Shown here: in pieces, positions 28,587 to 38,822 of the stretch | Layout: each line of letters starts with the position of its first letter | Numbering within the stretch: the first letter of the stretch is position 1 | Assembly: GCA_965648905.1 (NCBI GenBank) | Contig: CBFGIT010000006.1 | Span: forward strand, 1-64,000 | DNA length: 64,000 nt | Direction: 5' to 3' | Source of the DNA: a candidate division WOR-3 bacterium | Lineage (GTDB): Bacteria; Hydrothermota; Tepidihabitantia; Tepidihabitantales; Tepidihabitantaceae | Translations under genes and position numbers: made by a program | The notes under the pieces: model-generated | Database searches by the model: none | What the model was told of the DNA's origin: nothing | Seen by the model: the letters and a program-made list of their open reading frames with translations, nothing else

Positions 28587-29597
28587 GTGTCGAATCCGAC
28601 CGTCCCTGCTCCGGTCCTGAAGCTCCACCACGACGCGACCTGTGTTGACCTGCACTGCGATTCACTGCTCGCTCATGTTGCGGGCCGGCGCGACCTGCGG
28701 CAACGGTCCGAGACCGGCCATCTTGATTTTCCCAGGATGAAGGAAGGTGGTGTGGATGGTCAGGTCTTTGCCATCTGGGTTGACCCGAACGAGGAGCGGC
28801 CCCAGGGCCAGGCCGCATTTGTCGTCGATGTACTGAACCGGGCAAAGGAGCTGTGGCAGGAGACCGAAGTCGTGTTGTGCCGGACCGCGCCGGAACTGGT
28901 GCAGGCCGATGCCTCAGGTCGCATCGGAGCGATTCTGGGGGTCGAAGGCGGGCACGCGCTCGAAGGCGACCTGGGCAATCTCGATCGGTTCTTTGAGCTG
29001 GGTGTGAGGGTGTTCACGGTCACGTGGTGCAACTCGAACGAGCTGGCCGACAGCGGGGCGGACGAATCAAAGCCGCACCACGGGCTATCGGCGCTTGGCC
29101 GCCAGGCTGTGCGCCGAATGAACGAACTGGGCATGGTGATTGACGTCTCGCACTGCTCAGACCGGGCGTTCTTCGATATCCTTGAAGCCTCGCGCGCTCC
29201 GGTCATTGCTTCTCATTCCGGCCTGCGCTGCCGGCGCGACTTCCACCGCAATCTGACCGACGAACGGGTCAAGGCCCTGGCTGCAAACCAGGGTCTGCTT
29301 GGCATGGTTTTCCTGCCCTACTTTCTGCGGGAGAATGAGGCCGAAGCATCGGTTGAAGACGTCGTCACCGGCATCGACCATGTCTGTCAACTGGTCGGGC
29401 CGGACTTTGTCGGGCTCGGCTCGGATTTTGACGGGTTCGAGGGCAGGCTTGCCGGACTTCCGGACGTTTCTTTCCTCCCCCGAGTCACGGCCGGGCTTGT
29501 GTCCCGCAATTACCCTGAAGCCGACATCAGGAGAATCCTCGGCGACAACTTTCTGCGCGTCTGGGAAAGAGTCCGGGCCGGTTCTGGGGCCGGATGA
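28587..29597 (+). CDS. Membrane dipeptidase (M19 family)
   Basis: DLHCD, GVEGG, IDVSH, IASHS, RNLTD, GLGSDFDG. Confidence 0.93.
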   Translation: MSNPTVPAPVLKLHHDATCVDLHCDSLLAHVAGRRDLRQRSETGHLDFPRMKEGGVDGQVFAIWVDPNEERPQGQAAFVVDVLNRAKELWQETEVVLCRTAPELVQADASGRIGAILGVEGGHALEGDLGNLDRFFELGVRVFTVTWCNSNELADSGADESKPHHGLSALGRQAVRRMNELGMVIDVSHCSDRAFFDILEASRAPVIASHSGLRCRRDFHRNLTDERVKALAANQGLLGMVFLPYFLRENEAEASVEDVVTGIDHVCQLVGPDFVGLGSDFDGFEGRLAGLPDVSFLPRVTAGLVSRNYPEADIRRILGDNFLRVWERVRAGSGAG

Positions 29598-29598
29598 G

Positions 29599-30993
29599 CT
29601 ATCTTGCCTGGCCGGTGTGACCGGCATCGTGCTGGAACATCGGCCAGGGCGCGTCGGCCGGCCCGCCGGGGATGTTCAGCGCAGACAGGACACCGGATGC
29701 TGTCCCAACCAGCAAGGTACCTTGGGCCAGAGTCAGCGGGCCGCACTGAGCCTGGTCGAACCAGATATGCCAGCGAATCGTACCGTCGGGCCTGACCGCG
29801 TAGACCAGACCCTGCGCGGTCCCGATGTAGACGGTCGAGTCACACCCGACCGCCGGACACCCGGTCGGCGGGTCAATCCGGCGCGTGGTCCAGCGCTGCC
29901 GGCCGTCCTGACCGACGGCGACAAGATGGTTGCCGGCCGCGATGTAAACTGTCCGGTCCGGCCCGATTACCGGCGGGCCGACTGTTGCCTGCGGGGTGAA
30001 GCGCCAGCGCAGGGTTCCGTCGGCCGCAACCGCATGAAGCGCCAGGTCAACACCGAAGACAATCGACCCGTCGGCATCAACGGCAATCGGCGTCACCTCA
30101 CCGGCAACCGGGTAGCTCCATTTCAGTTCGCCGTCCGGACTGAGCGCGTAGACCGCTTCCCAGTCTGCCCCGACGTAGACGGTTCGGTCCGGCCCGAGTG
30201 AGACCGTTGGGTTGAGAGCCGAGCCGGGCGAGAATTGCCACATGAGACTGCCGGTTGAGTCGAACGCGACCAGCGCGTCCGCACTGGTCGCATAGATTGT
30301 TCCGTCGCCGGCCACTGACGGGCAGTGCAGTCCGTCAAACCAGCCAGGTATCGGACTGCACCACCGGAACGTGCCGTCTTCAGTGAACGCCCAGAGGTTA
30401 GTGGGCGAGTTGACGTAGACCATTCTGTTCGGCGCAACCGCGGGAAAGAACACCGTGCTGTCCAGTTCGTGCCACCACCGGAACGTGCCGTCCGGATGGA
30501 GCGCGAATAGGCAAGTATCCCATGCACCGTGGAAAATGCTGCCGTCGCTGCCCACTGCCGGCCCAGTCAGGGTCGGGGAGAAGCCGAGCCGCTTAGCCCA
30601 GCGCTGATTGGTGATGGTTATTTCGCAGGCAGGCGAAGCACCGAACCGGCTGAGCATTCCCCGTTCATCCTTGACCTGAGCTTTGATGCGGAAGACATCG
30701 ATGTAGTGCCAGGCATGACTCAAGGCGATGCTTTCACCGCTCTTCGCCCATGCGCTCCACTCCGAGGTGTCTCCATCGCACCAGGCGCAGCGTACTGAAG
30801 TCCTGTCGCCTTCCGGGTCAGTTGCGACAGCGTAGAACGTGTAGGTCGTGTCAAGCCCTCCGACGCGCGGCCCGGAGAGCACGACTATCTCGGGTTCGGT
30901 GTTACGACCTTGACAGGCGACAAGAACCACCGCAGCCAGCGCCAGTCGGCTCGTACCGGCCGCAACTCGGCAGGGGAGAGATAACCTCAACAT
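29599..30993 (-). CDS. PQQ-like beta-propeller lipoprotein with PKD-like N-domain
   Basis: Repeated PA.G.DGT.Y...A..PDG..RW units; VLVAC lipobox; WPMFQHD..HTG end; start uncertain (30993 or 31038). Confidence 0.85.
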   Translation of the reverse strand: MLRLSLPCRVAAGTSRLALAAVVLVACQGRNTEPEIVVLSGPRVGGLDTTYTFYAVATDPEGDRTSVRCAWCDGDTSEWSAWAKSGESIALSHAWHYIDVFRIKAQVKDERGMLSRFGASPACEITITNQRWAKRLGFSPTLTGPAVGSDGSIFHGAWDTCLFALHPDGTFRWWHELDSTVFFPAVAPNRMVYVNSPTNLWAFTEDGTFRWCSPIPGWFDGLHCPSVAGDGTIYATSADALVAFDSTGSLMWQFSPGSALNPTVSLGPDRTVYVGADWEAVYALSPDGELKWSYPVAGEVTPIAVDADGSIVFGVDLALHAVAADGTLRWRFTPQATVGPPVIGPDRTVYIAAGNHLVAVGQDGRQRWTTRRIDPPTGCPAVGCDSTVYIGTAQGLVYAVRPDGTIRWHIWFDQAQCGPLTLAQGTLLVGTASGVLSALNIPGGPADAPWPMFQHDAGHTGQAR

Positions 30994-31085
30994 CACGGTC
31001 TTGACGAGCAATAGTACTTCACCCGCAGGTCGCTTCAAGCTCCACCTTCTGTTGCACGACCGACCGATTGGCGCTACACTAGACT

Positions 31086-31985
31086 GTGAGTTCGCATTCC
31101 ACTGTCCCCGAGGCCGGGCACGCCGGCGTCGGTTACGAGCGTGTCGTCGAGCGGTTCGCTGTCTGGGCCCGAACCCAGCCGGATGTCCGGGCTGCCCTGG
31201 TTGTCGGCTGCCGGGCAGACAAGGCCGCAGCCGCAGACCCCTGTCTTGACCTCGAGATCGCGGTCGTGACCGACTCTGCCCGCGAGTTCTGCCTGGATGA
31301 GTCGTGGCTTGCCGAGCTGGGCGACTGGGTGCTTAGTTTCCAAACGACCGGCCCGACCGGCCTGCCTGAGCGCCGGGTGCTGGACACCAGCGGGCTTGAT
31401 GTGACGTTCGTCGCGGTTTCGACCGAGGCGGTGCAGCGGGCAATTGCCTCAGGCGAGACATTCGGGCTCGGGCCGCTGCTGCATCGAAACATGCACGTCA
31501 TTCTCGACCAGGACGGGCTGATTCCGCGGCTCGTCGCCCGGCTCGGGAACCGGCCGCCACGTCTGCCGACTGAGGCCGAGTTCCTCAATGCCGTCCACGA
31601 CTTCTGGTATCACGCGGTCCGAACCGCCCGGCAACTGCGCCAGCGCCGACTGTGGCAGGCCAAGACCAGTTGTGACGGGCACATGAAGTACCTGCTTCGC
31701 ACCGTGCTCGAATGGCATGCCCGGGGTTCTAAAGACCAGTACCGTGATGCGGGTCTGGGGGACGAGTCTCTCGAACACTGGGCCGACGTACGCGCGGTCC
31801 GGGAACTGGGCGATGCGTTTGCCCGCTACCATGAGGATGAGGTCTGGCGCGCCTTGTTCGCAACGATGAATCTGTTCGGTTGGCTGGCCCGCGAAACCGC
31901 ACGGCAGTCCGGGTTCAGCTACCCGGTTGCGGGTGAGACCGTCGCACGCGAGCTTGTCCGGGAATTGAACGCCGGACGCAGTTGA
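31086..31985 (+). CDS. Aminoglycoside 6-adenylyltransferase (AadK)-like nucleotidyltransferase
   Basis: RLPTEAEF...DFWYHA, LWQAK, EWHA, LEHWAD; catalytic motif degenerate. Confidence 0.75.
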   Translation: MSSHSTVPEAGHAGVGYERVVERFAVWARTQPDVRAALVVGCRADKAAAADPCLDLEIAVVTDSAREFCLDESWLAELGDWVLSFQTTGPTGLPERRVLDTSGLDVTFVAVSTEAVQRAIASGETFGLGPLLHRNMHVILDQDGLIPRLVARLGNRPPRLPTEAEFLNAVHDFWYHAVRTARQLRQRRLWQAKTSCDGHMKYLLRTVLEWHARGSKDQYRDAGLGDESLEHWADVRAVRELGDAFARYHEDEVWRALFATMNLFGWLARETARQSGFSYPVAGETVARELVRELNAGRS

Positions 31986-31993
31986 CGACAGGT

Positions 31994-32344
31994 ATGGAGA
32001 AACTGCTTTCGTGCTGCGGGCTGGTGTGCAATGAGTGTCCGGCCTATGTTGCCCGCAAGCGGGGCGACGACACAATCCGGCGCGAGGCTGCGGCCACCTG
32101 GTCTGAACTTTACGGCGCTGATATCAAGCCCGAAGACATTAACTGTGACGGCTGCACGGCACCGCTCGGCGTGCACTTCTCATTCTGGCATGAGTGTCCG
32201 GTCCGCCCCTGCTGCCTTAGTCACGGTATCGACAACTGCGGGCTCTGCCCTGACTATCCCTGCGACCAGCTCAACGAACTGCACGAACTCGCCCCATCGG
32301 CCCGGCTCAATCTCGACGAAGTTCGGGCCCGGCTCGAACAATAG
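31994..32344 (+). CDS. DUF3795-like Cys-rich protein
   Basis: CGLVCNECP, CDGC, C.VR.CC, NCGLCPDYPC. Confidence 0.8.
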   Translation: MEKLLSCCGLVCNECPAYVARKRGDDTIRREAAATWSELYGADIKPEDINCDGCTAPLGVHFSFWHECPVRPCCLSHGIDNCGLCPDYPCDQLNELHELAPSARLNLDEVRARLEQ

Positions 32345-32396
32345 CAGGTCGGAATCAACGCTGCCTTGCTCTGGTAGATGGTGTCATCCGGCAGGC

Positions 32397-32426
32397 TTGA
32401 CCCCGCTTCGGTCCGGAGAGTATAAT
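32397..32426 (+). promoter_or_regulatory. sigma70-type promoter
   Basis: TTGACC-N18-TATAAT, followed by AAGGAG SD and ATG 32465. Confidence 0.6.
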
Positions 32427-32464
32427 TTGGCTTTGGAACTGCAACTGCAAAAGGAGTAGACCAC

Positions 32465-33103
32465 ATGCGATTACACCTCACCCTGGCCCTGCTGCTCGCA
32501 AGTACCCTGGGTCCGGCCCAGCCGGTCCCGCTCGTGCCTTACGACCCGAACATGGAAGACCGGGTGAGTGTCGACGGTTTCGTTGACCTCGAAGACGAGG
32601 AGTACCCCGGGTTCTTTGTCGACAAGGCCTCAGGCCTCACGGTTCACTGGGGCTACGACGACAGCCTGCTCTACGTCGCGCTTGAGACCAAAGGCAAGGG
32701 CTGGCTGGCCATCGGGTTCGGCTCGGCCAAGATGCACGAGTCGAACATGTTCATCGGCTTCTATACTGATGATTCGGCCGAGGTCTACAACCACGTCGGC
32801 GCGAACTACACCCACGGCCCGACTCAGGCCAAGGACAGCAGTGAAGTTGATTGGGACTGGGACATCGACTTCGACGATGAAACCGGCGTGACGACGATGG
32901 AGTTCTCCTATCCGCTGAGGTTCCCGGCCTACCCCGGACTGGCGATTCCCGGGCTTGTGCCTGACGATACCTATGACCTGATTCTGGCCCAGAACACCAA
33001 GTCAATCTCACTTGCGGCCAAGCACACCCACAAGTCGGTCCTCAAGTTCCGCACCGCACCCAAGCCCGTTCCTGCGGCACCGGCCGAGAGCAAGGAGAAG
33101 TAG
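32465..33103 (+). CDS. Exported DOMON-like domain protein
   Basis: Signal peptide; LYVAL...GWLAIGF...MHESNMFIG; late His residues. Confidence 0.75.
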   Translation: MRLHLTLALLLASTLGPAQPVPLVPYDPNMEDRVSVDGFVDLEDEEYPGFFVDKASGLTVHWGYDDSLLYVALETKGKGWLAIGFGSAKMHESNMFIGFYTDDSAEVYNHVGANYTHGPTQAKDSSEVDWDWDIDFDDETGVTTMEFSYPLRFPAYPGLAIPGLVPDDTYDLILAQNTKSISLAAKHTHKSVLKFRTAPKPVPAAPAESKEK

Positions 33104-33170
33104 CCAGCCCTGCCGACCGTCCTGCTCCCGGGTTGACTTCTGTCAACCGGCCGGTATTGTCTAGTTTCAC

Positions 33171-34493
33171 ATGCGCACTTCAGTGTTACTATTGATTGCC
33201 CTGTTCGCCGCCTGCGCGGGCCCGGACCGGCAGAACGTCGCGGTCGTCAACGGCGAGCCGGTCACCGCGGCCGAACTGGCTTCCAGTCTGCCGCTCGGAA
33301 TAGATTCAGGCCAGAGTCTTGATTCGGTCCGCCGCCAGGTGCTCGACAAGTACATCAGCAAGAAACTGCTGGTCCAGGAAGCACTGAGACAAGGGCTCGA
33401 CAAGGCCATCCGCTATCGATTGGAGCTCGAAGAACGGTCGCTGGTCAATCAGGAGCTCTACAATGACGTGGTCGAGTCCGGTAACCGACTGAGCGACCTT
33501 GAGGTTCAGAACTCGTACAAGCTCCTCAAGACCGAGGCTCATGTCAAACGAATCGTTGTCCGGGCCGAGACCCTGGCGCATCGGATTGCCCGCGAGTTCC
33601 AGGCCGGGGTACCGTTCGAGAGTCTGGCGGTGCGCTACTCGGTGCACCCGTCAGGCCCGGCCGGCGGCGATATGGGTTACGTTTCCCCTTTTCACATCGA
33701 CGAACCGGTCCGTTCGGTTGTCCTGGGACTGAAACCGGGCCAGCTCTCTGAGCCGATTCGGACCGGCGACGAATACGAGCTCGTGCTTCTGTCCGATACC
33801 AGACCCAGCGAAAAACCAGTTCCGCCCCTGGGCGAGTTCCGTCAGGAGCTTGAGTTCCGACTCAAGCAGCAGCGCCGCCGCGACCTGGCAACCGAATTCC
33901 TGGCCAACCTGCGCAGCCGGCTCGAGTTCAACCCTGCCGGACTCGACATTCTGTGCCGGCCGGTCGACTCCATCACCGAAGCAGAAAAGGAAGTCCCGGT
34001 TGCGGTCAAGGACGGCAGCAAGTACGTCAAGGTCGGACGGCTGCTTCACGTTGCGGCCCGGTTCCCGCCCGCGCTCGACACGGCCATGCGCCACTACGCC
34101 ATCAAGCGGGAGGTCGAGGAGGACCTGCTCTACGAGGAAGCCCGCAGCCGTGGTCTGGACCGGAAGCCCGAGGTGACCCGAGCCCTGGAGCGCCGGCGTG
34201 CCGACCTGCTCTATGAGGCGCTGTACAAACAGGAAGTCGCAGACCGGGTTGAGGTCACGGACGCCGCGGTTTTCGACTACTGGCGGACCCACCGTGACAA
34301 GTTCCCCGACCCGGACTCAAACGCGGTCGTCGGCCTGATTCGCAACCGGCTGCAGGCCGAGCTGCGCGATATGCGGTTACAAGAGTATCTGGCCGGGCTG
34401 CGTTCCCGGGCGCGTATCGAGGTCAATGAACGACTATTGGCCACCGTTCGCCGGGACAGCCTGAAGCCGACTCGGGTCAGGGGCAGGAGATGA
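33171..34493 (+). CDS. Parvulin/PpiC-type PPIase lipoprotein
   Basis: FAAC lipobox; FESLAVRYS..PSG..GGDMGY, PGQLSEPI. Confidence 0.88.
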   Translation: MRTSVLLLIALFAACAGPDRQNVAVVNGEPVTAAELASSLPLGIDSGQSLDSVRRQVLDKYISKKLLVQEALRQGLDKAIRYRLELEERSLVNQELYNDVVESGNRLSDLEVQNSYKLLKTEAHVKRIVVRAETLAHRIAREFQAGVPFESLAVRYSVHPSGPAGGDMGYVSPFHIDEPVRSVVLGLKPGQLSEPIRTGDEYELVLLSDTRPSEKPVPPLGEFRQELEFRLKQQRRRDLATEFLANLRSRLEFNPAGLDILCRPVDSITEAEKEVPVAVKDGSKYVKVGRLLHVAARFPPALDTAMRHYAIKREVEEDLLYEEARSRGLDRKPEVTRALERRRADLLYEALYKQEVADRVEVTDAAVFDYWRTHRDKFPDPDSNAVVGLIRNRLQAELRDMRLQEYLAGLRSRARIEVNERLLATVRRDSLKPTRVRGRR

Positions 34494-34540
34494 AGCCGAC
34501 CAGCACGCCCGGAGACGAAAGGCCCGGGCAAGGAGGAACA

Positions 34541-35437
34541 GTGCAAGAAGCCACATACCGAACGCGACCTGCGGCAATCATCAGTTACCTTTTCGGCGTC
34601 GCCGCTTTGGCCGTGGCCGCCTGGTTCGCAGGCTGCGGCAGCCAGAATGACCGTCTGCCCGGTTCGGGCGGCCCGGTCCTGGCTCAGGTCAATACCGACC
34701 GGCTGACCAAGGCTGACCTGGACAGCCTTGCGCCCGAAGGGTACGAGTTCGACGAGACCAACCTGCGCCAGATTCTCGACAAGTGGGTCTCCAATTCGCT
34801 GATGTACCAGGAAGCGCTCAGCCGGGGTCTGAACAAGCGCCCGTCAGTCATCAGACACATGAAGCGGCTCGAACGAGACTACCTTGTTAACGAACTGCTT
34901 GAAGAGGTGACCGCTGACGCCCGGGTCGGGGTCACCGACGTGATGGCCTACTACAACCAGCACAAGGACGAGTTCAGCTACGAAGTGAAGATTCAGCGCA
35001 TCATCGTTCCCGACTCGATGATGGCGGTACAGACGCTGGCCGACATCAAGGCCGGGGGCGATTTCACCAAGCTGGCCAAAGAACGCTCCCGCGACATGCT
35101 GCTTGAGGGCGGGCAGGAGTCGCGCTACTTTGCCCGGGACGTGGGCGACCCGCGGATGGGAGGTGACCCGCACCTGGCCGAAGTCATCTTTGCCCTTGCA
35201 CCCGGACAGGTCTCGGACGTTGTCCGGACCCAGGAAGGCTACCAGATTGTGAAGCTGGTCGACCGCAAGAAGGTGAAGGCCGAGACCAGTCTGGCCGATG
35301 TCAAAGACCAGATTGAGGCCGTGCTCAACTACCGGCGTAGTCAGGCGATCGTTGACAGTATCCTGTCCGAGCTGCGGGCCCGAGCCAAGATTGAAATCAA
35401 GCCCGACGCCTACTTTGCCGAGCCCGGCCGCAAGTAG
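34541..35437 (+). CDS. Parvulin/PrsA-type PPIase lipoprotein
   Basis: AGGAGG SD before GTG 34541; FAGC lipobox; DFTKLAKERSRD, GQVSDVV.TQEGYQIVK. Confidence 0.88.
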   Translation: MQEATYRTRPAAIISYLFGVAALAVAAWFAGCGSQNDRLPGSGGPVLAQVNTDRLTKADLDSLAPEGYEFDETNLRQILDKWVSNSLMYQEALSRGLNKRPSVIRHMKRLERDYLVNELLEEVTADARVGVTDVMAYYNQHKDEFSYEVKIQRIIVPDSMMAVQTLADIKAGGDFTKLAKERSRDMLLEGGQESRYFARDVGDPRMGGDPHLAEVIFALAPGQVSDVVRTQEGYQIVKLVDRKKVKAETSLADVKDQIEAVLNYRRSQAIVDSILSELRARAKIEIKPDAYFAEPGRK

Positions 35438-35457
35438 CCGCTATCGGGTTTCTGCCT

Positions 35458-36741
35458 TTGACTCGCCTCCTGGGTCTGTTCGTTCCGGCTGTTGCTCTGG
35501 TCTTGGTCCTGCCGGCCACGCTTCCGGCGGCACCGGCGGACAGCCTTGTTGCCGTTGTCGGCGAGCAGGTGATTCTGGCCGGCGAGCTTGAGCAGGCGGT
35601 TGACTTCCTCCGAATCGCTGACCCGGACACAACCAGGTCCGACTCCGCACTCCGCGCCGACGTACTCCAGCGGATGATTGACGACCTGCTCCTGCAGGAG
35701 CAGGCTCGGAAAGAGACCATCGACGTCGCCAACGCCGAGGTTCAGGCCGAGGTCGAGGCGAGCATCGCGGCACTGGTCGAACGGTTCGGCGGCGAAGACC
35801 GGTTCAAGCAGGCGCTGGCTGAAGAAGGGCTGACTGAGCGAATCCTGCGCCAGCGCTACACCGACGAAGCCCGCCGTAAACTGATTGCCCGTCGACTGAT
35901 GGATAAAGAGGGTCTGACCCAAATCTACATTTCGCCGACCGAGGCCGAGCGATTCTATGGCGAGCACCGCGATTCGATCGCCTTTGTACCTGGCCGGGTC
36001 CGGCTCGCACACATCCTCATCACCATCACGCCCGGCCCGGTGGCCGAATCACTGGGCCAGCGCCGGATCAGTGAGGTGCTCGATGTCCTGGCCCGGGGCG
36101 GCGATTTCGCGGTAGTCGCCGGCTCGTTCTCTGAAGACAGAAAGACTGCGGCCAAAGGCGGCGACTGGGGCTGGGCCAGGCTGACCGAGCTGCCCCAGGA
36201 GTTCGCGCTCGTGCTCAGCCAGCTCAAGCCCGGCCAGATTTCGCCGCCGTTCCGGACGCTTGACGGCTATGTCACACTCCGGCTCGAAAGCCGGGCCGGG
36301 GACCGGGTCCGCTTCCGCTCGATCCTTATCCGCGTTCCGGTCACCCGCAACGACACAATCTGGGCCCGACGTGAGGCCGAGGCAATCCGTGCCCGGGCCG
36401 CAGGCGGGGCAGCCTTCGACTCGCTCGCCCGCGCGCACTCCGGCGACCCGGTTACCGCTGATTCGGGCGGTTACCTCGGTGAGTTCCTGGTTGCCGGTTT
36501 GACTCCGCCGTTCGACTCGGTCGTAGCTCGTCTTGACTCGGGTGACGTGAGTCAACCGGTTCTCTCTGACCACGGCTTCCACATCATCAAGGTCCTGGCC
36601 CGGCAGCCGGAACGGATGATGTCCTATCTTGAGATGCAGGACGGCATCCGAAACTACCTGTACCAGCAGAAACTGGCCGAGCGGCTCCGGTCCTATCTGA
36701 ACCGTATCGCCGACCGGGTCTTTGTACGCCGCTTCAGCTAA
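35458..36741 (+). CDS. surA: SurA-like chaperone with two parvulin domains
   Basis: VAVVGEQVIL SurA-N start; HIL, FS.D...GGDWG and HSGD...GGYLG, GFHIIK. Confidence 0.8.
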   Translation: MTRLLGLFVPAVALVLVLPATLPAAPADSLVAVVGEQVILAGELEQAVDFLRIADPDTTRSDSALRADVLQRMIDDLLLQEQARKETIDVANAEVQAEVEASIAALVERFGGEDRFKQALAEEGLTERILRQRYTDEARRKLIARRLMDKEGLTQIYISPTEAERFYGEHRDSIAFVPGRVRLAHILITITPGPVAESLGQRRISEVLDVLARGGDFAVVAGSFSEDRKTAAKGGDWGWARLTELPQEFALVLSQLKPGQISPPFRTLDGYVTLRLESRAGDRVRFRSILIRVPVTRNDTIWARREAEAIRARAAGGAAFDSLARAHSGDPVTADSGGYLGEFLVAGLTPPFDSVVARLDSGDVSQPVLSDHGFHIIKVLARQPERMMSYLEMQDGIRNYLYQQKLAERLRSYLNRIADRVFVRRFS

Positions 36742-36805
36742 CTTCTTCCCTGCCGGCAGGTTGACAGGCCGGCCATCAAGACCGATAATCTGGTGGTAGA
36801 CTGCC

Positions 36806-38371
36806 ATGCGGTGCATTCTGGTTCTGCTGTCTCTGGCTGCGGCCCGGCCGCCAGCCGACTACCTCATCGTCACCCCGGCCCGGCTTGCGCCCGGGTTTGA
36901 GCAGCTCGTCCACTGGAAGACGCGCAAAGGGCTCTGGACCGAACTCGTGCCCATCGAGACCGTGCTTGCCCGGTCACCAGGCCGGGACCGGGCCGAGCAA
37001 CTGCGCAATTTCATCTGTCGCTGGCACGACAGCCTCGGCACGAGCCGGGTGCTACTGGCCGGTGACACCGCGGCCGTGCCCACGCGCATGGCCGCAACTC
37101 CGGGCAACCTCACCGAACTCTCGCCCTGCGACATGTATTTTTCAGACCTCGACCGCGACTGGGACGCCAACGGTAACGGCCGATTCGGCGAAGAGGCGGA
37201 CAGCGTTGACATGTACGCCGATGTTGACGTGGGCCGGGTGGTTGTCAGCGACACGGCACAGGCTCGTGCAGTCGTGGGCAAGTGGCTTGAGTTCGAGCTT
37301 GGGCCTGAGCCCGGCTACCTGAGAAGACTGCTGATGGCCGGGGATTCGCTCAGCCTCACGCTGCCCACCGGCTGGCTTGTCGGCCGGCTCTCCAGTCCGC
37401 CGGCTCGTCAGGAACTCCCGGAATCACTCAACTCCGGATACCAGTTTGTCTCTCATGTCGGCCACTCTGACGGCACAATGCTTCTGGTCGGCACTCAGGT
37501 CGTGCTCGACCTGGCCGATGTCTACAACCTGCAGAACCGCAGCCGGCTCAACGTTTTCCTCACGGTCGGGTCCCAGGCCGGAGCCGTTGACCGGCCGAGC
37601 ATCGGCACTGCTCTGCTTGCCCAGCCGGATGCGGGCAGCATTGCGGTGCTGGCCAACTCACGGGCCGGCTGGCTTGGTCGGAGCGAAATGCTCAGCCACC
37701 TGTTTCTTGCCCGGTTCTTCGCCACCGATACTCTGTACGAGATTGGCCGGAACTTTTCCTGTGCCAGGAACAGCTATGTGCCGCTGGCTCGGACCGACCG
37801 CTACTGGCGTCAGACTCTCTATGTGTGGCACCTGCTGGGCGAGCCGAACCTGCCCTGCTGGAAAGATACGGCCCGAACCTTCGATGTCACCCACCCGGTT
37901 GTACTTGACACCGGGCTTCAGGACTTCCCGGTTGAAGTGCGGTCAGGTGGAGTACCGGCTCGGGCATTCGTCTGCCTCTGGCAGGAGGACCAGGTTTACG
38001 AACGCTGCTGGATTCAGGGCAGCGGGAGTATCACGATTTACCCGCGTGTGCCGGGCGAACTGCTGGTCACGGTCACCGGCCCTGACCATCGCCCTTACCT
38101 GGGCAGTTGTGGTATTGCTACTGCCAGTGCTGAGCCGCGCGCGAGCAGACCGACGCGGTGTCTCTGTCTGCCGAGCCGAGCCGGTGTCGTTGTTCAGGCC
38201 AGCCAGCCGGCAGAGGTCAGAGTCTTCGATGCTCTGGGCCGCTGCGAGCGGCATTGGATGTGTCTGAAACCAGACGCGCGGCAGGAACTGTCGCTGCGGC
38301 CCGGACTCAAGTTCATCGTCTTCAGCACCACAGACGGCTCTTTCTGTCGCAAGGTCGCAGTCCTGAGATAG
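36806..38371 (+). CDS. C25 (gingipain-like) peptidase homologue with sorting-like tail; catalytic Cys appears to be Ser
   Basis: YLIVTP, WKTRKG, LLAGD, CDMYFSDLD, DVGR, HVGH, LLGEP. Confidence 0.85.
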   Translation: MRCILVLLSLAAARPPADYLIVTPARLAPGFEQLVHWKTRKGLWTELVPIETVLARSPGRDRAEQLRNFICRWHDSLGTSRVLLAGDTAAVPTRMAATPGNLTELSPCDMYFSDLDRDWDANGNGRFGEEADSVDMYADVDVGRVVVSDTAQARAVVGKWLEFELGPEPGYLRRLLMAGDSLSLTLPTGWLVGRLSSPPARQELPESLNSGYQFVSHVGHSDGTMLLVGTQVVLDLADVYNLQNRSRLNVFLTVGSQAGAVDRPSIGTALLAQPDAGSIAVLANSRAGWLGRSEMLSHLFLARFFATDTLYEIGRNFSCARNSYVPLARTDRYWRQTLYVWHLLGEPNLPCWKDTARTFDVTHPVVLDTGLQDFPVEVRSGGVPARAFVCLWQEDQVYERCWIQGSGSITIYPRVPGELLVTVTGPDHRPYLGSCGIATASAEPRASRPTRCLCLPSRAGVVVQASQPAEVRVFDALGRCERHWMCLKPDARQELSLRPGLKFIVFSTTDGSFCRKVAVLR

Positions 38372-38822
38372 GCCCGGGCCCTTGTCCGGCTTGTACGCTG
38401 AGGCCTGGCTTCATGCTTCTAACTCCATCGCAAGAAGGTCTGCGTTCTCGGCCGACCGGACAGCTTCCTAAGTTACGTATTGCTGAGGTTTAGGGCCTGA
38501 GGCCGTGTCTTAAGTCCGGCTTCGGCCCCGGTATCAGAAGCGACTCCGGGAACCACTCCCCCTGCCAGCTCGATCAGCAGACTCGAGAACAGGATGCCAT
38601 CTGCTTGGCTCGGCGGTCCCACTCGCGAGCAGGACAGCGTGATGCGGGCTACACTAGACAGCGAGGACAGCAGCAGGCGCATGAACGTTGGGACATGCAG
38701 GCTGGCGGCCGTGCCGGACTCCGCGTTGAACTTCAGACCTGTTGCCAGGTTCGACAGCACTGGTCAGGCCAGCATCCGGGACGAGGTGACGGCCAGGCGC
38801 GAGCCAGCAATCCCGGTTGCCG

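Noticed and set aside
33171..36741. Three tandem PPIase genes as a novel system
   Set aside because: Clusters of SurA/parvulin genes are common in diderm bacteria; recorded as features only
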